DNA from: Callorhinchus milii
Lineage: Eukaryota
NCBI RefSeq assembly: GCF_018977255.1
Contig: NW_024704743.1
Coordinates: forward strand, 5,458,001-5,522,000
Reading direction: 5' to 3'
DNA length: 64,000 bases
The stretch's first letter is position 1. The number at the start of each line of letters is the position of its first letter. A program made the translations under genes and the position numbers. Below, piece after piece: positions 25,322 through 38,230 of this stretch. Below the pieces are notes generated by a model. It was not told where the DNA came from and ran no database searches. It saw nothing but the letters and a program-made list of their open reading frames with translations.

Positions 25322-28214
25322 TTGGGTCATATTAGGCTTGTGTAGAGCTGAGGCTATGCTGCAATCAACAGCAAGGTCTTTGGATGAGTTGCTAAACACA
25401 CCTTCTGTCTGCTGCTTTTGTGGACAGTAACGATCCAATGAAACAATTGTAAAGAAATGCGAGGAGAACTCTATGTGCTGTTCGCAACCCTAAGCCTAAC
25501 CCTCATCCAAATTCCCCCAAAACAAACAGATTGAATCAATCATTCACATCATCACTGTTTGTGAAATAACGCAGTCACAGATTAGCTACCAAGTTTACTT
25601 TCAAAATAGCTACCAGACTTCAAAGTAACCCACTGCGCAACTTGTTCTGAGTCACCAGTGTGATGAGGCAGTCCGTCAAATGCACCTATTATTATCGACA
25701 ATCTATTCTCTCACATTACAGGAGTGCAGATTCCCAGAACACCGTGGGGGGAAATACTGGGCTGAGTGCAGCATTGTTCTGGATTATATTCTAACGATTG
25801 CCTGTTGTATAAACAGCAGAGTAAACGAATGACGCTGATTTGCATGTGGGGGTGGGAAGAGAAATCAAATTGTGTTATAAAACCAATTTTTTAAAAATAA
25901 AATTACCGTAAATTTAGTGTTTCCTTTAGCATACAATATCCTTTCAATCCTATATTATGTAGGCAATTTAGTAACTAAGCAACATCTCACCAGAGCAGAG
26001 AAGGTTAGGGGATGGCCTGCCAGAGGAATGATAGGTTGGGAACGGTTGTGGAGGGATTAACAGTAATGGATTATTTGAACTGCATAACGTGTTAGAAACA
26101 AGATAGCATAAATTTAAGATAATCGCAAAGAGAATTAAAGAGATTAGAAAATGTCTTTAGTGATAGTCTTTTGGATGATAAGCTCTCGCTTGCTCAGCTT
26201 TCTTTTACCTCTAAAATCTCTCGCCTCTGCCACTACCTCTCTTACCGCCAGAGTTACCGAGATCGTTCACACCTTCATCAATCTCGTCTATACTACTCAA
26301 ATGCCCTGCTCGCTGGACTCCACAGCGTCTCCCTACACAAGCTGTAGACCATCCAGAACTCTATTCTCTCCCACATCAGACTCCGTAAACCCACCATCCC
26401 AATCCTTGCTCGACTCCATTGGCTCCCCATTTCCCAGATCAAATTCAAGATCCTTGTTCTCGTTTTTAAATCCCTCTACAGCCTCACCCCATCCCACCTG
26501 TGATGTTCTGCAAACCTACCACCACGCTGTTCCCTCTGCTCAGAAAGTACCATGCTGCTCCATATCCCCCCACCCAACCCGCCCCACCTGGACACATTTT
26601 CAGCCATTCTGCCACCACTATCCTCTATCCCAGAGTTGCTCTGCCTCGCACTCTCCCCGCCTTTAAAATCCATCTTAAGAACTTTGGTTTTGACAGCGCT
26701 TTTAGTCACTCTATCCCCCCTCCTTTCTCAACTTTCCCTGAGCTTACGTTCCCAGCTGTGAAGCACTAAGGAAATTAGATGCTTCGCTGTGCTTACAGTT
26801 TGGTCAAAAACTGGTTCAAACAGAACCGGTTTCTCGAGTGTTCCTGTGCCAGCAGGTGTGTTCTTGCATTGCAGGAACACACCCGTTTACTTTGCAGATG
26901 GAACCCAGGCCACAAGCAGCTAACATAGAAATATATAGAAGTAATATAGAAACAACTGCACATGTGCAAGCTCGTCATTGGTTTCTGTCACAAACTGAAC
27001 CTTTTTGTTTTGGCTCACGGACCATTCTCAATCTCCAGAGAACGCTAGCAATTCAGATTGTCTCCAGCCAGCATTCTCCTATCTTTCTATATCAGATGCT
27101 GGTGCCTCTGAAAATCAGTGCCACCTACTTTATAATAATAATCCTTGCATTTAATATTGCATTATCACATTGTTGAGACATCTCAAAGTGTTTCACAGAA
27201 TATATACTGTAAAGTGAATCGACTATATATTTTGTGGGCGAACGCGGCAGCCAATTGCGCACAGCAGTGTCCTACAACAGTCATGGATTGAGTGAACAAA
27301 TTATTTATTTATTTTTGAGGGGATTATTATCCCAGGAAAGCAATCCTCCAATTGACTAACAACCGGGATTCTACTTACTACTAGGTAAATAGAGGCATGT
27401 GTAGTAAGGAAATTTGCTGAAGTTTTCGCCCTAAGGTTCTCTCGCTTGTAAGACGAGCGCTCCAACCACTAAGCTACAGACTTTATCTGCCCTCAAAGAC
27501 AACACAGTTAGAGGCAGTTCTATTCATCAGAAGAGATTCAGGAAGAGACCCATTCAAACATTCTTTCAACTGTGACAACTTTTACTTGTATTGCAGGATG
27601 AACATCTAAAATGCTTGGAAACAATGGTGAGGTAAATTACCAAGCAGGGAGGGAAGATGGGGAGTTGAGAGAGGCACATACCTGCCAACTTAACCTGAAA
27701 GTTACCAAACAATTCAAAGTATCTTGCCGTTCAGTGACTGTTCAACTTGTGGAATGCAGGAATTTATTTTTAACTGAACTAATATTTCTTGACCGTTTTT
27801 TGGCCATTTTTCTCACCATCCAAAGGCATTTTACTCATCTTCCCCTCTACTGATTTCACTTTTACTTGGGCTTCTCACTCTCCAGTATCTCCTGCTGTCC
27901 TTTGGATGAAACGTTAAACCGAGGCCCAAGCTGCCTGTTCTGGTGCATGTTAAAGATCACATTGCACTAATCAAAAAGAGAAGGGAGTTTCTCCTGGTGT
28001 CTTGGCTAACAATCATGCAGATAAAACTGGTCATTCACTTCATGACTATTTGTGGGGCATTGCTGTGCGTTTGTCTACTAAAATACAACCATTACACTTT
28101 ACAGTAAATCCCGCAACGTGTTTTGAGACGTTTCAACAATTTATGAGGATGCTGTGTCAAAAGCAAGCATTATTACTATTACAAAGTAGGTGACCATATG
28201 TGAGCTACTTGACT

Positions 28215-28440
28215 CTGGGGGGATGGAAGAGAAGAAATCACAGCTGACCCCAATCCTAACTAAAGTGCACACATGCACATATTGTCTGGTTAGAGATCAG
28301 GAGCAGAATCCTGTCCGATTTCCTTCCTCCTACTGATCCTGGGGCACCTAACTGCTACTACAGCTCAGATCAGGCAACACAGAGGGATTCAAACCTGGTC
28401 TGTATAGCCTACTACTGAAACTTAACTCACTGGGCTGAGG
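28215..28440 (-). mobile_element. LF-SINE-like element
   Basis: Minus strand: gctatacagaccaggttt.aatccctctgtg...ctgatctgagc...ggaaatcggacaggattctgctcctgatc.ctaaccag...tgtgcatgtgtg...ggattggggtcagctgtgat, in the same block order as the LF-SINE consensus as I recall it. A shorter head fragment lies at about 9985-10050(+). Confidence 0.6.
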
Positions 28441-29574
28441 AGGGAACTTCATTTTCTTAAATAACGTCCTTTGGAGAAATGTTGAGGAAGGGAAAGGAGT
28501 CAAGATAATAATAAATAATAATAATACTTGCATTTGATATAGCGCCTTATCATGTCTTTGAGACATCTCAAAGCCGTGTCTCATAAACAGTCGTGCATTG
28601 AATGACCAATATTTGTTTCTTGAAAGAATTATTACCCCCAGGAAAGCATTCCTCCAATCGACTAACAACCGGGTTCCTACTTACTGCTAGGTAAACAGAG
28701 GCATGTGGAGCAAGAAAACTTGCCGAATGTTTCGCCCTGCAGGGAATCAAACCCATGTCTCTCGCTTGCTAGGTGAGTGCTCTAACCTCTGAGCTACAGG
28801 ACTGCTGTACAGGATGTAAATCAAATCAACAGTGCACGACTTATGTGTACACCAAATTACTGGATGTCTGTGTATCTACATGGGCCTCTGAAGAAGAAAT
28901 TGGATGTGGAAATAAAATCCTGGCAGAAAAAAAATCTTAGTACCGTGAGGAAGCACTGACAGGAGCCAAGTAGGAGGGCCTCTGTCTTGTTGAGATTCAA
29001 CTGGAGAAATTTGGCTCTTTTCCAGGACTTATAATAATCCTTGCTTTAGATATAGCGCATTATCATGTAATTGCAACATCTCAAAGCACTTTATAGAATA
29101 TATTGTAAAGTGGATTGACTGTATTTTGTGGGTGAATCTTGTGCGAAGTTGAGCCCAGGGGTGTGTATGCTGAAGATGTGATCCAATTGCTCTGAGCAGC
29201 TATCAGCAATTGCACACATAGGGCTTTCCCACTGATGCAAAAGTCAGTCTGGCAAAATCAAGTCCAATAATAGTCCTTTGATTGAATTAAGAGTCAGAAA
29301 GAGATACGTTCAGAAAGAGAGAGGCAGGGAGAAAGACTCCGAGAGATAGACACAAACACTAAGGACACACGGGTGGGAAAAGCTGTTTGGTGCTACTGTG
29401 ACAATAAAAGTACCGTTGGAATTTTTTTGGTTAATTTGTATCTTGTATGATTATATCCAATTATCTGCACTTTCTGCTTATCCACAAATTAGTAAATAGT
29501 TTGGAGGTTAAGTCAACTGGACCTAAGTTGCAAATAACTACTAGCATTTGACTGTCTAATAGTTCCTCTCTCCA

Positions 29575-30100
29575 TTGGCTCCAGATCATCCTGAACTCTG
29601 CAGCCTGTGTCCTCTCCCACACCGGCTTCGCGACCCTATTACCCCCAGCCACACCTGACTCCACTGGCGTCCCATCACATGGAGGATACAGTTCAAGATC
29701 CTGCTCCTCACTTTCAAACCCCTCCATGACCTTATTCCCCCCTACCTCTGTGATCTTCTAACCCCCTACCAACCTGCCACTCCCTCTGCACAGCAGTCTC
29801 CAGCTTTCTTCACGATCCCCACCTCACCCACCATTGGCGGGTGGGCCTTCTATCACACTGCCCCCATTCTCTGGAATACCATCCCGCAGTCCCTCTGCCT
29901 TCCTCCCTCCCTTGCCTCCTCCAAGACCTGACACAAGACCCTCCTCTTTGACCGTGCCTTTGTTCACCTTCCTTCCCCCCTTGCACTCCACCCTCCCCGA
30001 TCCCAATCCCAAGCTTGGGTCCAAAGCACTAATTGTCCAGCGCCTTGCGACGTCCACCCAACGTGAAAGGCTCTATACAAATGTAATTTTGTTGTTGTTG
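29575..30100 (+). mobile_element. L2 3' end
   Basis: Same 3' sequence and (TTG)n tail as the other L2 copies. Older L2 remnants also at about 26200-26770(+), 32240-32980(-), 45820-46150(-), 59512-59790(-), 61685-61880(-) and 62860-63135(+). Confidence 0.85.
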
Positions 30101-31259
30101 TTCTGGAAAGTCCTTTTAAGTATTGAAAGTCTTTATCATTTTATTGAATTTAAATGGTGTATATTTTAAAACCATATTTGCACAACAACTTAATTTACGT
30201 GCTGCGTATTAGTACTTTACATCATCACAAAGATTGCTGGAATCGGAGATTAACTACACTGTAAATCCACAAAAACAGAAGTCTCTCCAGGAGTCACTCT
30301 CTGCAGAACTAACCACCCAGGGGAAGATTTAACCTCTGACACAGTTAGTTTGTACTCACATGATAGTTATTTTTAAGACTAAACCTGCTGAAGCACAATC
30401 TGAACAATGACTGTTTGAAAGCAACACATATACACAATGTATATATATATATACACATGTACACACATCATACAGAACTCTGAAATGTGGACTCTTTCCT
30501 CCCGTTGCTCTCTTCCTCACATAACAAAGAACTAAAACAAAAAACATGCTTTAGAAACCCAACTAACTTGATCTTTGCTTCATTCTGGTACTATGTCATC
30601 TGTTCACTGGTTAGCATCTGTGTTTAATAATCTCTGGATGCAATTCAGTCATTGCTGAATCAGAATTCTGAAATTTCACCTGGTCCTGGTCTGTAAAACA
30701 ATTTTATCTTAAAATTTAAGAACCAAATTAAACATCTAAGACTGCACAGAATTATGAAAGAAATATAATCTTCACTTGGAAGCCAGTTCTTTTTAAGAAC
30801 CAGCTACTAACTAAATTAAGACTCAATTTAAGTATTACCCACTATTTTGCATAAGCGATCTTAGATTTTATGTCAAAATGGTTTTACGTGGTGGAATTTT
30901 GGGCCTCAGATTTTTCAATGACTTTATTATTGCTCAGTTCGCTCGTTTGTACGTTTGTAAACTGCCTTTCACATCAGGAGAAACTCCCTAAGCACCCCAG
31001 GGCTTCAGTCTGCGTTTACATAAGTATTTGTACAATACAAATAACACTTGCAGAATATATTATAACATAAGTAAAATATATTTCTTTTATATTTTATGTT
31101 AATGTGCCTACTTTCCCACCCCCACCCCCCAGCTTAGCATTGTACTCCGCCACTGTCACAAGCTCGAGGACACTAGCATGTGTAAGGGGTACTATATAAA
31201 TGCAAATTGTTGTTTGGTTTATTCTGAGATGACTCGAGGCAAAAAAACACTGCTCTGGG

Positions 31260-31610
31260 AAAACATCCCACAAGTTTGTGTCTATTACTCCCCACGAGCC
31301 AGTAAGGAGAGACAGAGAGTAATAAGGCAGATCAATTCATGGCTAAGGTATTGGTGTAGGGAATCAGTCCTTAGGTTCCTCAGACAGTGGGGCACCTTTT
31401 GGATTAGGGGACACCTATGCAGACTAGATGGGTTCCACCTGAACAGAAGGGGGTGGAGGTGTTGGCAGACAGGATAGATGGTATGATTAGGGATTGTTTA
31501 AATTAGATTACAAAGGTGGTAGTCGTAGATGTAAGAGAGCTCCTGAACCGATCAGGTGAAACCTTAAAATATACCAATGGAAGCATAAACCAAAGTATAA
31601 CAAGTCCAAC
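31260..31610 (+). mobile_element. CR1 ORF1 (SGNH esterase-like) C-terminal remnant and ORF2 start
   Basis: IRQINSWLRYWCRE..LRFL..WGTFW....L...DGFHLNRRG, followed by LKYTNGSI (cf. CR1 ORF2 start LKCLYTNARS). Confidence 0.75.
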
Positions 31611-31629
31611 CCCATTGGTGGGAGATACG

Positions 31630-31892
31630 GACCACACAAGGGGGGTGGGGCAACACAGGGGGAGGCAACATGGGCGGGGAAACACAGGAGGGGCGGGGCA
31701 ACACGGGGGGACAACAAAGGGGGGCGGGGCAACACGGGGGGGGGAACAACACAGGGTGGGCAGGGCAACACGGGGGGTCAACACAGGGGGGCAGGGCAAT
31801 ATGGGGGGAGGCACCACGGGGGGGGTGGGGCACCATGAGGGGGGGGCACCATAAAGCAGGGCAACACAGGGAGGCGGGGCAACACAAGGGAT
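31630..31892 (+). repeat. G-rich minisatellite (about 18-nt ggggcaacacgggggg unit)
   Basis: More than 12 degenerate tandem units. Confidence 0.9.
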
Positions 31893-34800
31893 GTTAATAC
31901 TTTCTCTATCACCCATGTTAATCAGGCAGTTACATGCCTATAACCGTCAACTCCTTTTTTCAACAATGATTGATCCAGCTCCCTTTTAAAAATCACAGCT
32001 GACCCAGATGACCTACTTTACTAGGAGGTTGTTCCCCAAATCTACAGCTCGAGGTAGAGGATTTATAGCGACCTTCTGTACTGCTGCCAAGTGTGGAAAA
32101 TGTAGAGAGCTCAGAGCATAGCTAAAAGTATGAGAAGATGCGGTTGTTTTCCTATCAGAAATGTAAGAAAAGTGAAATATAAAGAAAGCACTGGAGCTTA
32201 ATAAGGGTTCTTGTTCTCGTCCCCAAGTAGTTGACAATGGCAGAGTCTAACACTGAGCCAGGGAAGAGGGAGGGGGAAGGTGACCGTATGCATGATCAAA
32301 AAGGAAGGAGTTTAGATGGGACTTGAAGGTGGGGAAGGAGGCAGCAGAAGGAGGGATTGAGGGAGAGAGTTCCAGAGTTTTGGGGCGTAGTGGCTGAGGG
32401 CACAGTCACTGATGGTGGAGCAGAGGGTCAAGGGACAACAGGAGGCTGGGGCCAGCAGAGTGGAGCCAGGGGGTGATGAAGTGGGGGTAAGCAGATTGGA
32501 TAGGTAGGGAGGTGCGAGCTACATGAAGGTATTTGAAAACGAGTGAGAATCTTGAAATCGATCCATTCAGTAATTGGGAGACAGTGGAGTCTGACAAGGA
32601 TGGTGTAATGGGGGAGTGGAGTTTTCTAAGGATGAGTATCTGGGCAGCGGAGTTTTGAATTAATCTAATTTTGTATATGGTGGAGCTAGGGAGACCAGTG
32701 AGGAGGGCATTGGGATAGGGAAGTGACGAAGGTGTGGAAGAGGATTTTGACTGCATTGGCTGTGAGGTATGGATGGAGGCTTGTGACCAAGGTGGAAAAA
32801 AGCGGTCCTGGTCAGGGAACGGATGTGGATAAAAAGGAAAGCTGGGGATTGAACCTGAAGCCTAAGTTGCGCACGGGTTCGGTGAGTTTGAGGGAGAGCC
32901 TGGGAGGTTGAGGAGTTCAGACTCACAGGAGAGAAGACGTTGACAGGAGCCAAAGAGTATGGCTTCTGTCATGCTGACATTCAGCTACAAGAACCAAAAC
33001 CATTTTCAAAGGTCAGGGGGTTTCCATAGTAATGGCAATGTATGTATGTCTTAGGTATGCTGAAAGCCCAAATTCTCAAAGTGTACAAGAGGTTATAATA
33101 ATAATAATCCTTGCATTTGATATAGCGCTTTTCACGTCTTCTTGACGTCCCAAAGCGCTTCACAGAACATAGCTTAGACAAATGGAACAGTAGGGTGACC
33201 ACTTGGATACATTAAGTGGAAAGCCCAAAAGGTTATACGCATACTCTTATGAAGTGCTGATGAAACAACACTTGAAGTATTCTTTCCATTTCAGTTATAC
33301 AGAGACCACAGAGACACTGGAAATGGTGCAAAAAAAAGCAACAAGAATGCTAATGAAATAGCTCGACAAGCCCAAATTCCACATTATTGACTGGAATGGC
33401 TTTCAGTTAAAGCCTCCAAACAAGCGACTGAAATAAACGGATCAGAATCTTTGTGTGGATAACAAATAACTTCTTTATTGAGAGTATCACAAGCAAGTAT
33501 AACTTTTTGTTAAAAAAGTAAATTTTAAACTGATGAATGTGAAAATATGTGCAGAATTGGCTCAGATCAGTAGAGAAAAATGCAGGTAAGGTTTTCAAGC
33601 CAGTAATTTCCACTCCTTTCTCTGGATCAGAGGTGTGTGTGTTCAAGTGCTCAATTAGGAAATTGGAGCTAAAGGCTGACACTCCAGTTCAGTGCCAGGG
33701 GTTGCTGTATTGTCGGCAGATGATGTTCTTCTGATGAAACATTAAATTAAGGTCTCGTCTGTCTGTTTAGGTGATGTGAAAGAATCCATAATGCTATTCT
33801 AAAAGAGGAGTTTCTCCTGGCGTCCTGACCAACAATCCCCCAGTTAAATTTGCTCATTCACCTCCTGGCTGTTTGTGGCACTATGTGCAAAATAGCTGCT
33901 GCATTTGCCCATAAATACCAGTCACTAAACTAAAACATTGAGAAGCACTTGAGACATTGCAATGTGATAAGTTTCATATTCAATGAAAGGATTATTATTT
34001 ACTGAAGCATAAGATTCATTTACAACTAACTGAAAGGTTCACATGATTTTGTTTTTTGAATCACTTCGCTGATACTAATTGTTTAGCTACACTTGGCAAA
34101 TGCAGCAAATCTTCCCAGTGCGTGCTCATAATAATTCTATTCATTCTGTTACAAACCCACAAAGAAAAATTCTCTACACCTAGAGCAGAATGACCCCAAA
34201 AGAAATGAAGGATATTAAAATTATATATTGTGAAATATGAACCGTTAGTCGGGAGCAAAACTGAGTCTCGGATTGTACACTGGGCATGTCACTGCAAGGC
34301 ATTTCCTCCACCTCATTGATTAGCTGCTCTCAACTGAGATGCCATCTCCTCACTGCACACGAGACCATCTACTCTAAACAGAATTAAGTCTACAAAAAGG
34401 AGTGGAAGTGACCCACAAACCAATAATGTACAGAGGAAACACTCTTTTTAAAGATTATTTCAGGCTAATAAGGAAACAAGCTGAACTAATAATAATCCTT
34501 GGTATAGCTCCTTTCACATCAGGAGGGCATCTCAAAGCGCTTTAGAGAATATACTGTAATATAAGTGCAGTGGCTATATGTTTTGTGGGCAAACACTGCA
34601 GCCAATTTGTGCACAGCAATGCCCCACAAACTGTCATGGGGTGAATGATTAATTTTATATTGAGACCAGGATATCAGAAAAAACTCCCTTCTCTTTTCGA
34701 ACAGTACCATTAACGTCCACCTTGATTGAATTAGTTATGAAGACAGACCTTGATTGAATTAGTTTTGCATTGAAATCTTATTTCAATACATTTTAGAACA

Positions 34801-36249
34801 ATTTCCTCTCTCGCACACTCAGTAGCCAATTAAGTTTTGTGGCTTTTAAATGTTCGAGGGCTGTAGGATGTCCTCCCAGGATGAAAGGCACTATATAAAT
34901 ATAAATACTGTATGTATTCTACAGTACTGTATCGTAAACATTATATGACAGATTTGAAAACTGGACCCAAATGTGCAGCCTAACCCGACTATATTTGGAA
35001 ATCTGGTGCTCTTTTCCACTTTGCCATAATTGGTATCAATTCCTTTCTTGTTAATAAATTGAAGCAGGAAAACTGGTCATCTTCAAAGAATGCAATGATT
35101 TCCACTGCCTAGAAACCTTGGCCCTAACTTTCCCAGACTCTACGTTCATTTTGGGAGAATTTGAATTAATTCAAACCATGTTCCGGGTGAGGTGAAAGGG
35201 AACAATAGAGTTAATTTCAGGGCAAAATAAGGCAAGCTGCCAATTTCAAAACTGCTGAAATCCAGCAGGTCCATGTCTTGTAGTATTTTTCCTATAATGC
35301 TTAAGTGAGCAATCTGATTTTTTTTCTGGACAATAAGTGGTTTTATAAGTGCTGATATAGACCATAATGAGGGCAGATATCTCATGACTTTGACCATCCT
35401 GGTTGAAGACGAGAAAAACAATGATTTGGAGAAACCATAGTGATTATCCCATAACTTATCGCATTACCAGCAAAGGTATCTCTGAGTGCCCACATACACC
35501 AGGCATTACTCTTAAGCATTAAGCTGCCCACAAGGAGAAATGAGGATTTGCTGCTGGCAACCTGCTTTCAATCACCTGTCCCCCTCCACCCCACCAATTC
35601 AATCTCCTACATAGCTCAGACTCCCATTCTGTCTTTGCAAATGCTATACGGCATTCTCCCACGTGAAAGTTTCTACACACGTGTAAATTCAGAGCAGATT
35701 GTTAGACTACCGAAATGTAGTGCAAGATGCAACTGAAACAGCCACCCTGCCCCTGGCACAAACATGGAAATTCCGAAATGCCAGCAATTCTTGGGATGGA
35801 TGACAGCCCAGCCATGACTCCCACACAATATATGGGGTTAGCTATCCTCATCGAGTCTAGTGATCTTTGTAACTGAAAGAATCTCTGCACTCGGTTGAAA
35901 AGGCTACAGTAGCCTATCACTGTGCAAAAATGAGGCTTCCAGAAACCTTAAGTTCATAAAGGAGGCCAGTTTGATTTCCAGCTCTTCATGAAATTTACTT
36001 AATTTTGAATCAGTTAAAACCCCAATAACCATACCAATTTTTGCAGTCTCAATTCACATAACTGACAAAACTAATTGTAAATTCTACTTATAATATAATT
36101 CATACAATACGGTTTACAGTTACTTTGTGCCTTTCATGTTAGGAGGGTGTCTCAAAGCACTTTACACAGCTGCTGGGAACTCAAGGGGGCGTGGGGGAAA
36201 GATGACTGAAAACACAATCAAAGAGGCAAGTCTTGAAGTGGGCAGCAAG

Positions 36250-38230
36250 GAAGTATACTATGTGTAATGTATAGACCAACAAATAGTGGGAAGGAGATGA
36301 ATGAGCAAATCTACAAGCAAATTTCAGAAAGATGTAAAACCATTAGAGTAGTGATAATGGGGCATTTCAATTATCCTAACTATTATCCTATGAACTAGAG
36401 AAAAAACAGTATAAAGGGCAAGGGTTAAGGTTAGGGCAAGGAGGGGGAAGAATTTCTGAAATGTGTGCAGGAGATCTTTTTTGATCAGTATGTTTCAGCC
36501 CAACGAGGAAGGAAGTAATGCTGGATCTAGTTCTGGGGAATGAAGAGGGGCAAGAGGAACGTGTTTCAGTGGAAGAGCATCTGGATAAGAGTGATCACAA
36601 CATCATTAGATTTAGAGTATTTATGGAAAGGATGAGGAACAATCAAAAGTGAAGATACTCAATTGGAAGAGGGCTAATTTCAGTGATTTGAAAAGGGATC
36701 TAGCCATCGTGGACTGGAAAGAAAGATTGGTAGGTAAAACAGTAAATGAGGAATGGGAAGCCTTCAAGGAGGAGATAGTTCGGGGACAGAACAAATACAT
36801 TCCTACGAAGGGGAAAGGTAGGGCATCAAAAACTCCCTGGATGACTAAAGAAATTAAAATGAAACAGAAAAAGGAGGCTTATGATAAATGTCAGGTCAAA
36901 AATATAGAAGATAATAAAGGACAACCAACATGGATTTGTTAAAGGCAAATCATGTCTGACAAACTTGATAAAGAGTATTTTGACGAAGTAACGGAGAGGA
37001 TGGATGAAGGTAGTGAATTGATGTAGTATTTTGAGATTTTCAAAAGGCATTTGATAAAGTGCCACATAATAGACTTGTTATCAAAATTGAAGCACATGAT
37101 ATTAAAGGGACAGTGGCAGCATGGATACAGAATTGTCTGGGAGACAGAAAGCAGAGAGTAGTGGTGAACGGTTGTTTTTTGACTGGTGGTGTCCCCCAGG
37201 GTTCGGTATTAGGACCACTGCTCTTTTTAATCTATATAAATGACCTGGAACTGGGTGTAGGGAGCACAATTTCAAAGTTTGCAGATGATACAAAGCTAGG
37301 AAAAGTAGTAAACTGTGAGGAAAATAGTAGCAGACTGCAGGAAGACTTAAGACAGACTGGTGAAATGGGTAGAAACATGGCAGATTAAGTTAATGCGGAG
37401 AAATGCAAAGTGATGCATTTTGAGAGGAAGAATGAGACGAGGCAATGAAAGCTAGATGGTACAATCTTAAAGGGGGTACAGCAGCAGAGATAAGCAAATC
37501 TTTGAAGGTGGCAAGACAGATAGATAAAGCTGTTAAAAAACATACAGGATCCTTGGCTTTATAAATAGGGGCATAGAATATAAAAATAAGGAGGTTATGA
37601 TGAACCTTTATAAAAGACTAGTTAGGTCTCAGCTACAGTACTATGTTCAATTCTGGGCACCACACTTTAGAAAGGGTGTCAAGGTCTTGGAGATGGTGCA
37701 AAGGAGGTTCATCAGGATGGTACCAGGAATGAGGGACTTCAGTTATGTGGAGACGAGAGAAGCTGGGATTGTTCTCCTTGTAGGAGAAATGGTTAAGGGG
37801 AGATTCAATAGAGGTGTTCAAAATTATGAAAGGTTTTGATAAAGTGAATAGGGAGAAACTGTTTCCACTGGCGGGGGGTTGGTAACCAGGGGACACAGAT
37901 TTAAGAGAGTGGTCAAAAGAACCAGAGAGGAGATGAGGAGAAATTTTTCAGACAGTGAATTTTCAAATCTGGAATGCATTACCTGAAAGAGTGGTGGAAG
38001 CAGATTTGATAACAGCAACAATAACAACAAAATTACATTTGTGTAGCGTCTTTCACATCGGGAACAACTTTCAAGAGAGAAGTGGATAGATATTTGGGGA
38101 GGACAAATTTGCAAGGCTATGGCGAGAGAACGGGGGATTGAGATTAATTTGGATAGCTCTTTAAATAGCTGGCACGGGCACAATGAGCCGAATGGCCTCC
38201 TTCTGTGCTGTATAATACTATGATTCTATG
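36250..38230 (+). mobile_element. CR1 LINE, degenerate ORF2 with internal deletion and 3' tail
   Basis: Remnant motifs MG.FNYP, LDLVL, SDHNIIRF, KQRVVVNG, GVPQGSVLGPLLFLIYINDL, ISKFADDTKLG, QFWAPHF, LEMVQRRF. Tail gaatggcctccttctgtgctgta...atgattctatg. Confidence 0.92.

Noticed and set aside
31503..31916. Pro/Cys-rich and Gly-rich ORFs (also 41509-41996 and 2467-3048)
   Set aside because: Translations of minisatellite or low-complexity DNA.
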